Origin: Felis catus
Lineage: Eukaryota
Assembly: GCF_018350175.1 (NCBI RefSeq)
Contig: NC_058368.1
Span: 134,914,001-134,978,000 of the forward strand
Length of the DNA: 64,000 bases
Direction of reading: 5' to 3'
The first letter of the stretch is position 1. Every line of letters starts with the position of its first letter. The notes under the pieces were generated by a model. It searched no databases, was not told the origin of the DNA, and was given only the letters and a program-made list of their open reading frames with translations. Position numbers and translations under genes: made by a program. This document shows positions 49,416 through 62,494 of the stretch, one piece after another.

Positions 49416-49904
49416 TACCCCAGGATGTGGCCATGAGTTCTGGCTAAAAATATGGCACTGGGCAAATTCTCCTGACATACAAGGAATTGCATCTTATTGT
49501 TGTTTATATTCCATGCATAAATCTCCATAGACGTTTAGAGAAAAGACTTTTTAGAAGAAAATGGCGAAGAGGCAAACCCAAAGATGGCTGGGTAAACAGG
49601 GAGAGAGAGATAACTGTAGAACACAGCAATTAATTCAATGAATCAATACACGAAAAGCACTCGGAACAGTGGCTTATATGTAATGAGGGCTTTATACATG
49701 TTAGTGGTTTTTGTTCCTATTATTGTTACTTATGAAGTCTGTGGAGTTGAACAGAGGGAGGATACTACAATAGCTACCTTTCATTTTGTGTCTCCTAAAA
49801 GCCCAGCCTATTACATTCATTCCCTCATGTAATCCTGACAACAACAATTTCAAGAAGATATTATTACTCCATTTCACAGGTGAGGAAACTGAAGCTTAGA
49901 GAGG

Positions 49905-50082
49905 TATCTTAGTCTGCCTGGGGTTGTTCTAACAGAATACCACAGACTGAGTGGCTTAAAAACTTCTTTCACACAGTTCTGGAGGCCAGGAAGTCCAAGA
50001 TGAAGGTGCCAACCAGTTCAGTTCTTGCTGGGGCCCTCTTCCTGGTTTGCAGATGGCTGCCTTATTTCTGTATCCTCACAGG

Positions 50083-50116
<34 letters not shown>

Positions 50117-50266
50117 TCAGGTCTCTTCTGCTTATAAGGGCAATAACCCCATCATGAGGGTTTATCAAAAGTAATTACCTCTCTAGGCCCCACCTCCCGA
50201 TATCACCAGATTGGGGATTAAGGCTTCAACATATGAATGTTGGAAGGACACGTGCAGTCTGTAACA
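49905..50266 (-). mobile_element. MaLR solo LTR (MLT1A-like) with internal (GA)n, inserted in a MIR
   Basis: tcttagtctgcctgggg...cagttctggaggccaggaagtccaagat...tggggattaaggcttcaacatatgaat...gtaaca; upstream MIR core ccatttcacaggtgaggaaactgaag. Confidence 0.88.
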
Positions 50267-52550
50267 AGATGTGAAGTATACCACCCTAGGTCAGAATTCA
50301 AACCCAGATCTACTTGAGTCCAAAGCACCATCTAACCTCAAGCAGGCCGAGGGTTATCATTGTATCCCCAGAATGGAGAGGATGGGAGAAAGCAAACAGA
50401 GGCTGAGAAAAAGAGAAAGAAATAGAAATGATCTTGATAAATTCCAAACGGTATTGATGGACCTCCCAATTCCCAGACTCACACTGCCCAAAGAGCAGTT
50501 ATAGGTTCTTGCCTTTGGAATAAAGTAAAACTTGGTCCTTGGAGTAAAGCTCATCTCTGTATTCAAGAGACACATCCTTCCCTTGGCTGGGTTTCAGCTA
50601 ATGAACCTCCCCAGCCAGTCACAAAAGAGGGTGGAAAGGAATGAGGGCCAAGCCCAACACATTTGATTCCCAAATTGCTACAATCAGAAGAGAATGTCTA
50701 TCAGACTGGCCAAGAAAACAATAGAAGCCAAGTGGGTTGTCAAGGGGCAAAGAACCCACAGTACCAAAACCCAGTCAGATGCAGCCAGTGTGGATTTTTG
50801 ATGGCAGGCCTGGTTTGAAAGAACCCCTTGGATTTATTTGAGTTATATATTTTTTAGAGGAATTACTGCGATAGGAGACTAAAGAAAGACCAAAGCCTAG
50901 GATTATATTCACCTAAAACTCCAAAAAGCATTCAATAAGGTTGCACATTAAAGTCAACTGTCCCAGGCAAGAAATCATGGTAGGGGGTAAAATAGCTCAA
51001 TGTGAAGATAAAATGCTTCTCAAATAGGAAACAAAAATGGGTAAAAAGAGGTAACATCTTTGCTGGAAAGGGGTTACTCATAGGGCTGGTTTGATCTTTT
51101 CATATTTACATAATTTAATCAGGAGGCAAAAACTTTGGTGGTTATTCATTATTATTTTTCCCAGAGGGAAAATAAATTGAACCATACTATTCATAGACTA
51201 ATAGAGTAAAAAATATGCTCTTGAGCCCTCTCCCCCTAATTCTTCCTTTGGTAACTCTGGCATGCCTCTATTGTGCCAGGCACTGTTGTAGGCACTTGAA
51301 CTAATCAGCAAACCAAAGACACAAAAATCCCTGCCTTCCATGGGTTTGCATTATAGTCGATGTACCATAACTGTATACACGGTGCTTTAAATTGGGCATA
51401 AATGCCTATGTCATCAATGTATTGAACCCCACGAGTGTTGCCCTAGTTCAAACAGTTTACAAAGGAAATAGGTGAACTCTAGGGTGATTTGTTACAAACG
51501 TCTCTTACCCCCACAAAGGCTACACGTCAAGGCTTCTGGAGTTTCTTCACTTCCAGGTTAGGATTAAGGGGGTATTGCAAGCCTTCAGTTCTTGATGTAA
51601 GTATATATACGTGCACCACTGCCCCAGCAGAACCTGAAGCTTCTGGAAGGTAGGAATCACAACACCACTATTGTCTTCCACATCTCTGGCTGGCTCATGG
51701 GAAAGAGTGGGTCCTAACCTGCAAATGTCACTGACGTAGTCACAGGTTTTCATAAACTAGAGGAGACCACAGAAATAGCCACAATAACATCTCTGAGCAC
51801 ATGAAAGATTAGTACTAAGACTGTGGCAAACAGTTCTCCACCCCACAAAGGGCATAAAAAAGTGAGGAAGTGGATGTGAAGGTTGCTCAGTGCCAGAACA
51901 GGTTGATGAAGACATCTGCAGAACTTTCTTTCTCTGGAAGTACTTAAAATGAAAAAAGATTCTTCTGAGCCTAAGGACATTTGGATGGAGGTTTCTAAAA
52001 ACAGACAGTGGTAATAATCTCTTACGTCAATTCTAACTTGTGGTAGCAACTTAAAAAGCATGACGCTGGCAGTGGGAGATAGAGTTCAGAGGAGGATGTT
52101 TGGGGATAGAGTCCCCTGAAAGGACCTTTGCCACTGGAGAACAAAGTCTCTCTGAAAGATGGAGCTTTTGCATGTAATAAACCTAATGCTTGAGCCCCAC
52201 TCTCTAATGGATTGAGTGAGCTTTGATAAACTATGGTGACTCTGATGCCCTGATTGGCCAATAAAGGATGGCAACTCTAACAGGGGACTAAAATTGTCTT
52301 CAAGGTCAGTCCTTATCCAAAGGATTGTGGATAGGGCCTCCGATTGCTCTAGGGAATGTAGGCAACAACCACGGTCTAAGATGAGTATATCCAAGGACAC
52401 AGAAGGATCCCCACCCAGTGTTTTTATGGGTTGTGATGGCAGAAGTGACACTGTTGAGCTGTGAGCCAAGGTAGAAGCCATGTCCAAAGGCACAACAGTC
52501 AAGTGTTTGCCTTTATCCTCTTCTCTCATCCCTTCTGTCACACCCCCACC

Positions 52551-52624
52551 TTTTTTTTTTCAGTTTACTTATTTGAGAGAGACAGAGAGAGGGAGCATAA
52601 GCACAAACATGAGCAAGGGGTGGG

Positions 52625-52662
<38 letters not shown>

Positions 52663-52758
52663 CCCACTGAGGGGATCCATCTCATGAACCATGAGATCAT
52701 GCTCTGAGCCAAAATCAAGAGCTGGATACTTAATAGACTGAGCCACCCAAGCATCCCC
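52551..52758 (-). mobile_element. Older CanSINE with (GA)n tract
   Basis: catgagatcatgctctgagccaaaatcaagag...gactgagccacccaagcatcccc. Confidence 0.88.
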
Positions 52759-54137
52759 TTGCTGTCTTCCTTGTCCTGGCAAACACATACACACAGTCGA
52801 ATGAGCAGTGGAGTCCTTGAGAATCTGACTCCACACTTAGCTTAAGCTTAAGCAGCTTAAGCTGCAACACACTTAGGCAGCTTTCCCGACCAGTTATGAC
52901 TGATATCCACTCGTATCATACTTCAAAACAGCGAGTCTGTCCACAATAATCTTGTCTTTGAAACTGTCAGGTTTATCTGTGGCCTTGTAATTTTCTTGTG
53001 GCTACTTCTGAAGACTGCACACTTCCTCCAATAGGTGTAGACATCAAAAAGATATCTGCTACAGGAAGCAGGTTGACTTTGCTTAGACTCTAAGTGTGAA
53101 AGATACTTCTAAAAGTCTCTGAGAATCTCATGTGTCATATCTTTTGCATCATCAGAGGAGGTATTTGGAGCCCAAGTCTTACAACTCAATGGCCAGTGTT
53201 CTTTCTTCCACATCACAGCACTTTCAAAATTCGAACTTCCTCCTTACATTCCTTACTAAATCAGAGTGCATTTGTTAGTCACTTCTTTATGAGCCTAACT
53301 TTCTCCACCCCTTACAAAAAGTTTTTCCAACTTCATATTGGCAAGCCACCTTCTTGCCCTGGGGTCCTGGAATCCCATGGGTTTGGCTTCCAAAAGACCT
53401 TCTTCATGTTGTTCTTTCAGACCAGGGACAACCATCACTCCAGACATTTCTGTTTGTAAAATCATGGACTACCTGGCCTAGGGAGGCTCTCAAACACCAT
53501 CATGCCAAATGCCCCCACTTCCCAGGGGTAGAAATTGAGTACAAGGGATCCATCAATTACACTGGGTTCATGACTCACAACTATGACCTTTCTGCTTTAC
53601 CAGGCTCTACTCTACCGCCCCAGTCTCAGCCCAAAATCATCCAGAACCCATTCTCTGAACTCCCTGTTTCTGCTGGCCATGACAGAGGTAAAGTACTATG
53701 GGAAAAATTTTAATTGATGCATTTTCTCAATAAATGTTGCCACTCTGGGGTCTTAACCCAGTAGAAGGCACTGCTTCACAGATGAATGCTGTGCTATATG
53801 AACCGTAGGAATTCTGGTCCTGAGTGATGGAAGAGAGACCATGGATTCAGTGGTTCTCTTAGCCCCTTGGATCACACCCTCAGAACTCAAAAAGGATTGA
53901 CAGAGGCCTCCTAAACCAGAGGTTCTCACGTTGTTTCTTTTGAATGTAGGGAAAGCATGCCACCCTGAGAAAGGACAGTGACTCCAGGCACCCCAGCTTC
54001 CCTTTGGCCACAGATTTTCTGTGAACTTGAGACACATCTCTAATCTGTCCGGGACTAGTTCCTGGATGACTTAATCCTAGGGCCTCCCCCAGTTTTAAGA
54101 GGTTATGACTTGTGATGAAAGTTCAACCTCCTTAGAT

Positions 54138-54432
54138 CAGATTTTCAAACTCAGGTACTTGGTGGGCCAGGGAGTTGACATAAAGAAGTAGAACATTTGT
54201 ACATTAAGCACTTTTTTGTTGCCATTAAACACGTAGGATGACTATTCTTCCCTTCTACAGTGAAGTGTGCTGATCCAGTGTTGCCAGAACCTCTAATTTT
54301 TTTTTTTTATCAGGAAAAGCCCCAAATCCAAACTTAAATGTGAAAAAGTTTTGATTTTTAGTGCCGGCAATTCAACAGTCAACAACAACAGAACGTGTGG
54401 GGATGGAGACGATACCCCATCCCCCGTTGTGA
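54138..54432 (+). mobile_element. MER102-like hAT-Charlie element
   Basis: caaactcaggtac...gggccagg and ccagtgttgccaga...aaagccccaaatcc...atgtgaaa...ggcaattcaa. Confidence 0.6.
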
Positions 54433-54939
54433 GCAGCACTGACAGGACACTAGCAGACTACTATGAAACTAGGGTGGTCTGGAGCCCTGTGTCCAAAGGA
54501 TGCTGGCAGGTGCTTGGAAGGAGTATAAAGAAAGTCTGTGTGCACCTTGGAAATACATTTCTGCGCAGAAACAAAGGATTACTATGCCACTATTTTCCCT
54601 GTAGTGGAAGGCTCAGAGAATTTCCTACCTGGGTGGTCCAAAGAGCTCAGACAGGTTGGGCTCTGCTGTGCCCCAAGGCTCTGGGTGCCCATAGTTCAGG
54701 GAGCGCCTATTGTTAGACTATAGCTCTGCTTCAAGGAATGTGAAAGTGCCTGGAGGTTATCACATTACCAACCAGAGAAAGGAAAAGGACGCCATTCCCT
54801 CGGTGCTTTTGGGGGGAGAAGCTGGCAATGATCCAGCAGTGAAACCCAGGTACAAAGAAGGCCTTCGGGAGACAGACACTGATGGGGTGGAGCCCACAGG
54901 TGATTAAGGACCCAACAGCCAAGCCCCGTAGCAATAATG

Positions 54940-55110
54940 ATACGAATACAACTACCACTTAATAACCCCTGGCTCAGAGCAAGGAGTCCATTCTAAGCAC
55001 GATCTCACTTAATTCAGACAGCGAGGAAACAAAGGTTAAATAACTTGCCCAAGATCACCCCGTAAGTGGGAGAGCCCACATGTAAAAGCAAGTGTGCCTG
55101 ATTTCAGGCC
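54940..55110 (-). mobile_element. MIR SINE
   Basis: gaggaaac...aggttaaataacttgcccaagatcac. Confidence 0.65.
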
Positions 55111-56714
55111 TGGGTAAAGAGATGGTGGCCAGTGTAATTTTAAGGGGCAGAGATAGGTCCTGTACAATGGCCTGGTCTCTCCATGAAGGGAGTAGGCTGC
55201 AAATTCACAAGAAAAACTCATTTCTCTTTTTTCCGCATAAGGGACCACCACAGCTTCAACTTGCTTCCTGGCCAAGCTGAGGCTACTTTCTTCCCAAAGT
55301 TCCCACAGGTCTGTTGTCTCAAGAAAGTAAAATGTAATCAAACTTTTGAAAACCTGACTTTCTCGCCTGTCTCCCCAGACCAACGAGGCAGCATTTTATT
55401 ATGTGTGTAGGTAGTCACATGATTCCAATCATAATAAAAGAGCTGTGGACCAGAGAGTGACCTGATTTCTCTGAAAAGCTTTGGCTGATACAGTAACTGA
55501 TTTTATTTTCCCATTAACAATGAAATTGGAAGGCTCTTTCAGCAACTTGCTGCATGGACGACCACCACTCCGGTCCCACTCAACAGCCATATTGTTCAGA
55601 GAAAACAGTACCAGCGATGACTGCAAATGAACCCAATGGACAGGCCTGGCACCTCGTGGCATATTCAATTATTTGGCTTTGCTGAGGCCACCACTCCCTG
55701 CCATGGAATCAATCTTTCTCTTATTAGAAAACACATAAAGGGTCACAAGCTCCATTTGAGACAATGGCTAAGAGGGCAAAGAAGGGAAAGTGTCAGATGA
55801 TTTATCTTTATGGGCATTTAGTTGAAAATTTCCATGCATCTTGCTATTATCAATCCACTGTGCAGACCAAGGAGGGGGAGGCTGTGAGGGTAAAGCAGGG
55901 AATGAGGCAAACAGGGACTCATCTAGTGAAAACAGCTTAGCCAGAGAGGGCAGTGAAATAACACAGTGAGTCCAGGAACATCAATCGTCAACCCCACAGT
56001 TAATCTCCAATATTCTGGCATTGAGTGCTTAAATGCGGGTCCTGGGATCTCAGAACTTGTCCGCAATCAGGGCCCCTTCATCTTTGTTTGGATGGGCTTA
56101 TGACAAGAGCTCTGGACTTGGCTGATTCTTTGGAAGGAACATTCTCACCAAGGTCAAGACTACAAAAGCAGATCTTTGCTTAGGGACCACTTGGGATGGG
56201 TCTAGGCTCTGCTTGGCACTGCACTTGGAAAGAAAGAAGTTATAAAAGCATTGTTTCTGATCCCTGCTCTCAAGGAGTTTATACTTGACATATGAAACAG
56301 CAAGAGGAGGCCTGAGGATATGGACCGATTAATATTAAATAGTAGATGCCACCAGCGGAGGAAGAAGAGAAGGATGAATGAGAGCGTGATTAACTTCACA
56401 CTACTACTGGCCCAAGAACTTAATACTTAGCAAAAGTTCCAAATTCCAGTTTTCTTGCCTGTGTCCCCAGGCCTAGGAGAAGGCCTTCTAGTACTTGTAA
56501 AAGGAGCTTAAAATGAAAGAGGCTATAAAAATAAACTATTTCTTGTTTTTCTATTGCAAATTAAGAAGGCAGCAGTTTGTTACTAATCTGTGGCTGCTTG
56601 TACTCCTACTGCTTATTTGAAGTGAAGAATGAAAAATGTGAGATCCAGACAAACAACATTATTTGGGACTTCCACTTTCCATTATATTTTTTAAAGATTG
56701 TATCTCAAAAGTCT

Positions 56715-56913
56715 TTTTATTGTTTAAATTTTATTGATTTTTAGAGACAGTGGGAGAGAGAGTGGGAGAGGGGCAGAGAGAGAGAGAGGGAGAGAGAGAA
56801 TCCCAAGCAGGTTCTGTGCTGGCAGCAGGGCTCGATCTCACAAACCGTGAGATCAGGACCTGAGCCAAGATCAAGAGTTGGGCACTTAACCGACCCAGCC
56901 GCTCAGGCACCCC
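56715..56913 (-). mobile_element. CanSINE
   Basis: gaatcccaagcagg...gtgagatcaggacctgagccaagatcaagag...caggcacccc. Confidence 0.9.
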
Positions 56914-57319
56914 TGCCTTAAACGTCTTTCAACCTCAGTTCTGCTTTATTAGACAAAGTTAGATATCACTCTTCATATAGATCATATAATCCAGGAGCTG
57001 TGCTTCTAACAGTTGGACCATGTGAATAAGTCATGGGGGTAGGGGCAGGTAGGACATTAGATGGGATTCTAGAGTCCTGGACAAGGAGACAGGCCCTGCC
57101 ATAAGCAGTCTTCACTAGCCAGCAAGACCATACAGCAGCCATGTGGGGCTAGGACCCAGTATAGCCAGCACCTCCAAGTTTTCAGAAGATGAAACGGTAG
57201 TACGTGAAATTTACTGATGTTTAAGTTATTATTTAGCACATACAGAGACCAACGCAAAACCAAACAAACCCACATCTGGAACTGATCCATGGGTCACTGG
57301 TTTAGAATGCCCGATTTAG

Positions 57320-57460
57320 AGCAACCCGTTCACTTTACAGATAGACGGTGAAATCAGATCCATAAAGGTGAGATTACTTGCCCAAGGTCCTTTAATTAGC
57401 TGAAGAGCCAGGAATCCGTTTTTCCTCCCTCTTAAATCTTAGTTACTTTGGCCATACCAT
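57320..57460 (-). mobile_element. MIR SINE (preceded by a possible MER102 3' half at ~57130-57312)
   Basis: cactttacagat...acttgcccaaggtc. Confidence 0.55.
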
Positions 57461-58789
57461 ATTGTCTTACAAGAAATAAGTCTCACAGAGGTTATGGGAA
57501 GATATAGACCACAGAGGACCTGAGAAGGCATCTTCTCATTCCTCCCTACCCCTCATCCTCAGTTAATGATCAGCCACAAGCCATCTTTGTGGAGGATCTA
57601 GGATATCCGTGTGGCTGCATCTCAAGTCCTTCTCTGCTGAGTGTTCATTTAGGATTTGTCTTGACGAAGGGAATGTGTGAGCAATTGAAGCCATCTACAA
57701 AGAAAGGCAAAGTACAGGGCCTTGACTGGGCTCACTGGGGAGTTTCAAAAGAAAATGCCCAGGGCTTAGGCTTGCAGGCAACTATAGACTGCATTTCAGG
57801 CCTCTGAGTCCCAGGACCAGCAAAATCTTTCCAGTTGTTAATTTGGAGTGGGAATCAGCCATGGACAGCAAGTCCTAGTTTCGTCTCCTACCAGGAACAA
57901 AGCCTCCCAAGAAAATTATCACTTGATGGCTGATAAAAATAGAATTGCAATTTATGCCTCCGTCTACTCTCTCTATCTTCAGGCTCTTAAGGTGTATTTT
58001 CCGTCATAATGGCTGATTTAGATGGATTCCCGGGGTGCTGCATCACTGCTGATGACATTAATGGTCTTGGGCTCCCTGAATTTTGATTGATTGCTATAAT
58101 CTGCGAAACTATTTCAGGACATAGATTTATTATTATTAAGCCTATAAAATGGTGTCAGGGTCAAAGCAAGCTGATGAGGTGTGTTGTGATGCAAACATGA
58201 CCAAGGGGTGGATGCCACCATGTAACAGACGTGAATAGCAGGAGCAAACAGGGTCTCCTCTTCCACCCATGCCCAGCATCTCAGCCCTCTCCCAGAGGGG
58301 TATAGCGAACTGAGGTTCCCACTGTCAGTGGGCAGGGGGATGGGGGAGAGGCGTAGAAGGAAGAAAAATGTGTACTATGAGTTAATCTCCCAAATGGTTG
58401 CATTCCTTTGAGAAGTTTTGACAGAATCTTCATTTCAGTTCATTGAGAAGTACCTAAAAACTTCCTCTATTTTTTTTCCTCTGGCCTCCAGATATTACTT
58501 AGCTTTCCTAGCCCAAACCCGTTGTTTTGAGAGTCAGAGAACAATAGTGATGCTATCTCATTCAACCTCTATCAAGGAGAGAAGAAAAGGCCAAGCAGGG
58601 AATTCTATTCCTAGCCATATTATCCTTTGTTCCTTCCCTCCCTTCAGAAAGTCTGGCTCCAGTTTTAAGGTCAAGGAAACGGATCACAAATTGGGCTGGG
58701 TCCAGAAAGTTATTCTCAAGATTGCCATTTCAAATTCCTTTTTAGAAAGGATGGGGGTATTGGATAAAATAATAATCCATACCTTCCGT

Positions 58790-60122
58790 TTACACATGAG
58801 AGGTAGAAAGCTGAAAAAGCTTCATTCTTACTCTTCAAACAATAAAAACCTAGACTTGCATATTCGCAACTTTTTATAAATACATCGGAGAGTGGAGGTC
58901 ACAGGGCAACCAACCAACCAACCAACCAACCAACACTAATTAGTTTTAGACAGATGATCATGAGCAGGGATGGGAGGTGAGCACTTCCTCACCTGGGGCT
59001 GATTGACAGGCCCTCACAAGAAGGACTCAGCTGAAACTACGAGAGAACTTGCTGGCAGTGGCCAAATGTAAGCAAACAAGACATGGGAATCCCAGGAGCC
59101 ACAGACATATGGGAATGTCACGAAGGCCCTTCTGCATGGACCCAGAGGGCACTCACGGAAGGACAGGAAAGAGTCACGGGAAAGCATCCTGGGGGTACAG
59201 TTTGGGAAAAGGGGAAGGGCCGCCACTGCCAGAGAGGCTTGAAATTTTGCCCAGATTCTTCCCTGCATCTCCTCTGCAGAACAAAAGCTGTAAACTGCTG
59301 GGGGGAGCGGGGAGGAGGCAACCAACACCCACAGCCCAATGCAGCACGGATGTGGCAAGACCCCTCCACCTCTGGGATAAAGAAGAACACTGCATGATGA
59401 TAATGGGGTTAGTGATCCAGAAAGACAACCATCCAAAACACCTAACAGAAGAGCATTAAAAATACTTGAATCAGAAAGAGACAGAAATAAAAGGAAACAA
59501 TGAGCATGATACATGGAGGCTTCCCTCTTCCTTCTCTGTTATCAACACAAAGAATAAAGACGACCTAAAAAACATTATCAACCAACTCGTCTTAACTGAC
59601 GTCTATAGAATCCTCCAATTAATGAGCAAAGTACACATTCTTTCTAAGTGTACATGGACCATTCACCAAGACATGGCCATATTCCAGGCCATAGAACAAA
59701 CCTGAACAAATTAAAAAGACTAGGAAATCACGCAAAGTATGTTCTCTGGCCATAACCAGAATTAAACCAGAAATAAATAAGAGAAAGATATCTGGAAAAT
59801 CCGCAAATATTTGCAAATTAAGCAATGTGCTTCTCAACTACCCAGGGCTCCAAGAGAAATTCTCAAGAGCAATTAAAGATATTTTAGCAGAATGGAAATA
59901 AAAACATAACACAATGTATGGAATACAGTTAAGGTAGTACGTAGAGGGAAATTTATGGCAGTCAATACTTATATTCGAAAAGGAGAAAGTTTTCTAAGCG
60001 GCCATCAAAACTTCTACCTTAAGAAATCAGAAAAGGAAGACCAAATTAAATCCAAAGCAGGAAAGACGGCCGGAAATAATAATGAACAGCAATCAGTACA
60101 ATTGAAGTAGAAAAACAACGGA
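58790..60122 (+). mobile_element. Ancient L1M relic: 5' fragments plus degraded ORF2 endonuclease region (59440-60122)
   Basis: Translation DDLKNIINQLVLTDVYRIL resembles the L1 ORF2 endonuclease segment; gtacatggaccattcaccaag, agagggaaatttatggca, ccttaagaaatcagaaaaggaaga; 5' part less certain. Confidence 0.8.
58907..58934. repeat. (CAAC)n microsatellite
   Basis: Seen directly. Confidence 0.93.
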
Positions 60123-61131
60123 AGAGTGCCTCCCCCATCTCAGCATTTACTGTGCTATATAGATCTTACCATTCTAAAATACCATGAAGAATTCAGAGCT
60201 AATTTCCTCAAAGGGGCCAATAGGTTCCTAGGCAACTGATCTCCTGAAGTCAGCTAGGAAAGAAGGATTTGGAGGTCAGCATCTGGGGTTGGCACTGACC
60301 TCTGGTAGCCGGCAATGCAGGTCTTAGCCAGAACAGCTGAAGAGGACCACCACAACAATCCTAAACTAAATATGCCCATCCTCGAGGAGCTGACAGTCAA
60401 CCACAGGAGACCAGCAAACAATGCCGCGATGACACAGCCGTGTGCTATGATCGACACCAGCATAGATTGTGAGCGCCGAGGAAGCATCTCAGCTGGACCA
60501 GAGGACAGCACAGTTAAACTCTGAGATTCATGCCAATGCATCGGCATGAAAAGAAGGAGGAGAAGGATCCACATAGAACAGAGATCATTTTCATGTTTAA
60601 TATTACTGGAATAAAACACAGTGAACTGAAAAATCTTTCAGTTTATATCAAAGGCCTGCTCCAAATTCTGTAAGCAGCATATTGCATTATTCACTGAAGC
60701 TACTGCTAGAGTCCTATGCTTTAGAATTTTGTGAATGCTGGCTTTTTAGCAACTGATTCAAATCTATTTAATGTTTCTGTTCTTTTGGCATTCATGTAAG
60801 AAAGAGATAAAAATAACGAACAAGAATTAACCATTTCTAAGGAAGGGGCTACTGAGGATAACGATTCAGAAGCCAAGTTAAGATGATAATTCATTATGTT
60901 TCGGAAGAATGGTAAATGGATACTTGCATAATGGAATACACACATTAGTAAACAAAGAAGTTACACACCTCCACCAAAACTCAGTACAAAAAAGACACTT
61001 AAAACCCCTAAAAACCATGTTGCTAGACACTATATAAATATATATATGTGTGTATGTATGTACACATATACGTAATAGCAAACCAGATCCTGATATACGA
61101 AAGGAGTTCAAATTTCCTTACATCCAAGATT

Positions 61132-61351
61132 TAAAAAAAAATTTTTTTTAATGTTTATTCATTTTTTGAGAAGGAGACACAGAGCATGAGCGGGGAAGGG
61201 ACAGAGAGAGGAGGAGACACAGAATCCGAAGCAGGCTCCAGGTTCTGAGCTGTCAGCACAGAGCCTGATGCGGGGCTCAAACTCACGAACTGGGAGATCA
61301 TGACCTAAGCCAAAGTCGGACGCTTAAGTGACTGAGCCACCCAGGTGCCTC
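61132..61351 (-). mobile_element. Felid CanSINE
   Basis: Antisense SINE; TSD core atccaagatt on both sides. Confidence 0.95.
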
Positions 61352-61471
61352 TGTATCCAAGATTCTTGATAAGACACAGTTATATTTAGATTCCATCAAT
61401 GTTTAAAGCGTTGTGCAGAAATGGAAAAGTCGACTTTTATAATAACCCCATATAAATGGGAGTTCTATGTG

Positions 61472-61473
<2 letters not shown>

Positions 61474-61517
<44 letters not shown>
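61474..61517. repeat. (GT)22 microsatellite
   Basis: Perfect dinucleotide run seen directly. Confidence 0.97.
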
Positions 61518-61520
<3 letters not shown>

Positions 61521-62156
61521 GTCTTCCCTGGGAAGATGGTTTACCCCAACTAAACTGAGGGGCAGTGATGGGCAGTGAAACTTGGGAAGGCAAACACCTA
61601 CCTGGGGCTAAAACTGGGACTTATTCTGTCCTGAAGAAATCCAGGGACTCAAAGTGCACTCTGACAAATTATCTCAAAGCCTCATGCGAGGAGAATGTGT
61701 GAGCAGCCAGGAGCTCAGAAGTGGGAGGTTAGGGCCAGACTTGAATGCTGGAGCACAGGCTATGGCTCAAAAAGCAAAGTTAAATGCCTTCTGGAAATGA
61801 ATGAGCAGTCTACTCCACGGCCACCGCCACGACATTTTCTAGGAGTTTTGTTTTTGTTTTAAATATGCTTCATGCTTGTCCCTTGAAAAGAAAAGTTTGT
61901 TGCCCTCTGGTGAGCACTTAGCTTCCAAGAGGCTTTTCTTCTGGGGCCTCTTAGCAGCATAAGCTAGGCCCAGACTTGCCGGCCTTGAGAGACAAAAGAG
62001 AGAAGTCCGCGAGGCAGACTAATTCAAAGTGTGGTATGTATGCGTTTCCTGAAGAATCAGGGGCATTGTCTCAAACCTCAGCTTTGTCTATAGAATGCTA
62101 TCTCCCCATCTTTTTTACACCATGCCCAGTGGTGAGGACCAGACACCTGTATTTTA

Positions 62157-62381
62157 TTTTATTTCTTTTAATTTTTTTTCCAACATTTATTTATTTTTGG
62201 GACAGAGAGAGACAGAGCATGAACGGGGGAGGGGCAGAGAGAGAGGGAGACACAGAATCGGAAACAGGCTCCAGGCTCCGAGCCATCAGCCCAGAGCCTG
62301 ACGCGGGGCTCGAACTCACGGACCGCGAGATCGTGACCTGGCTGAAGTCGGACGCTTAACCGACTGCGCCACCCAGGAGCC
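62157..62381 (-). mobile_element. Young felid SINE (SINEC_Fc) inserted in a MER5-like element
   Basis: Near-consensus; perfect TSD ccagacacctgtatttta at 62139-62156 and 62382-62399; flank continues ...tgattcggttctgcag...gagaaccactg. Confidence 0.97.
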
Positions 62382-62494
62382 CCAGACACCTGTATTTTAA
62401 AAAAAACTTCCTGCCATGATTCGGTTCTGCAGTCCCATGAGAACCACTGTATTAGACAGGAAGTTCTCAAAGGACAAAGATTGTATTTTTCTCT

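Noticed and set aside
51547..51719. Alternative phase-compatible minus-strand terminal exon (LGPTLSHEPARDVED...)
   Set aside because: Acceptor lacks a pyrimidine tract and the peptide is unrecognisable; it also shows how easily phase matches arise by chance
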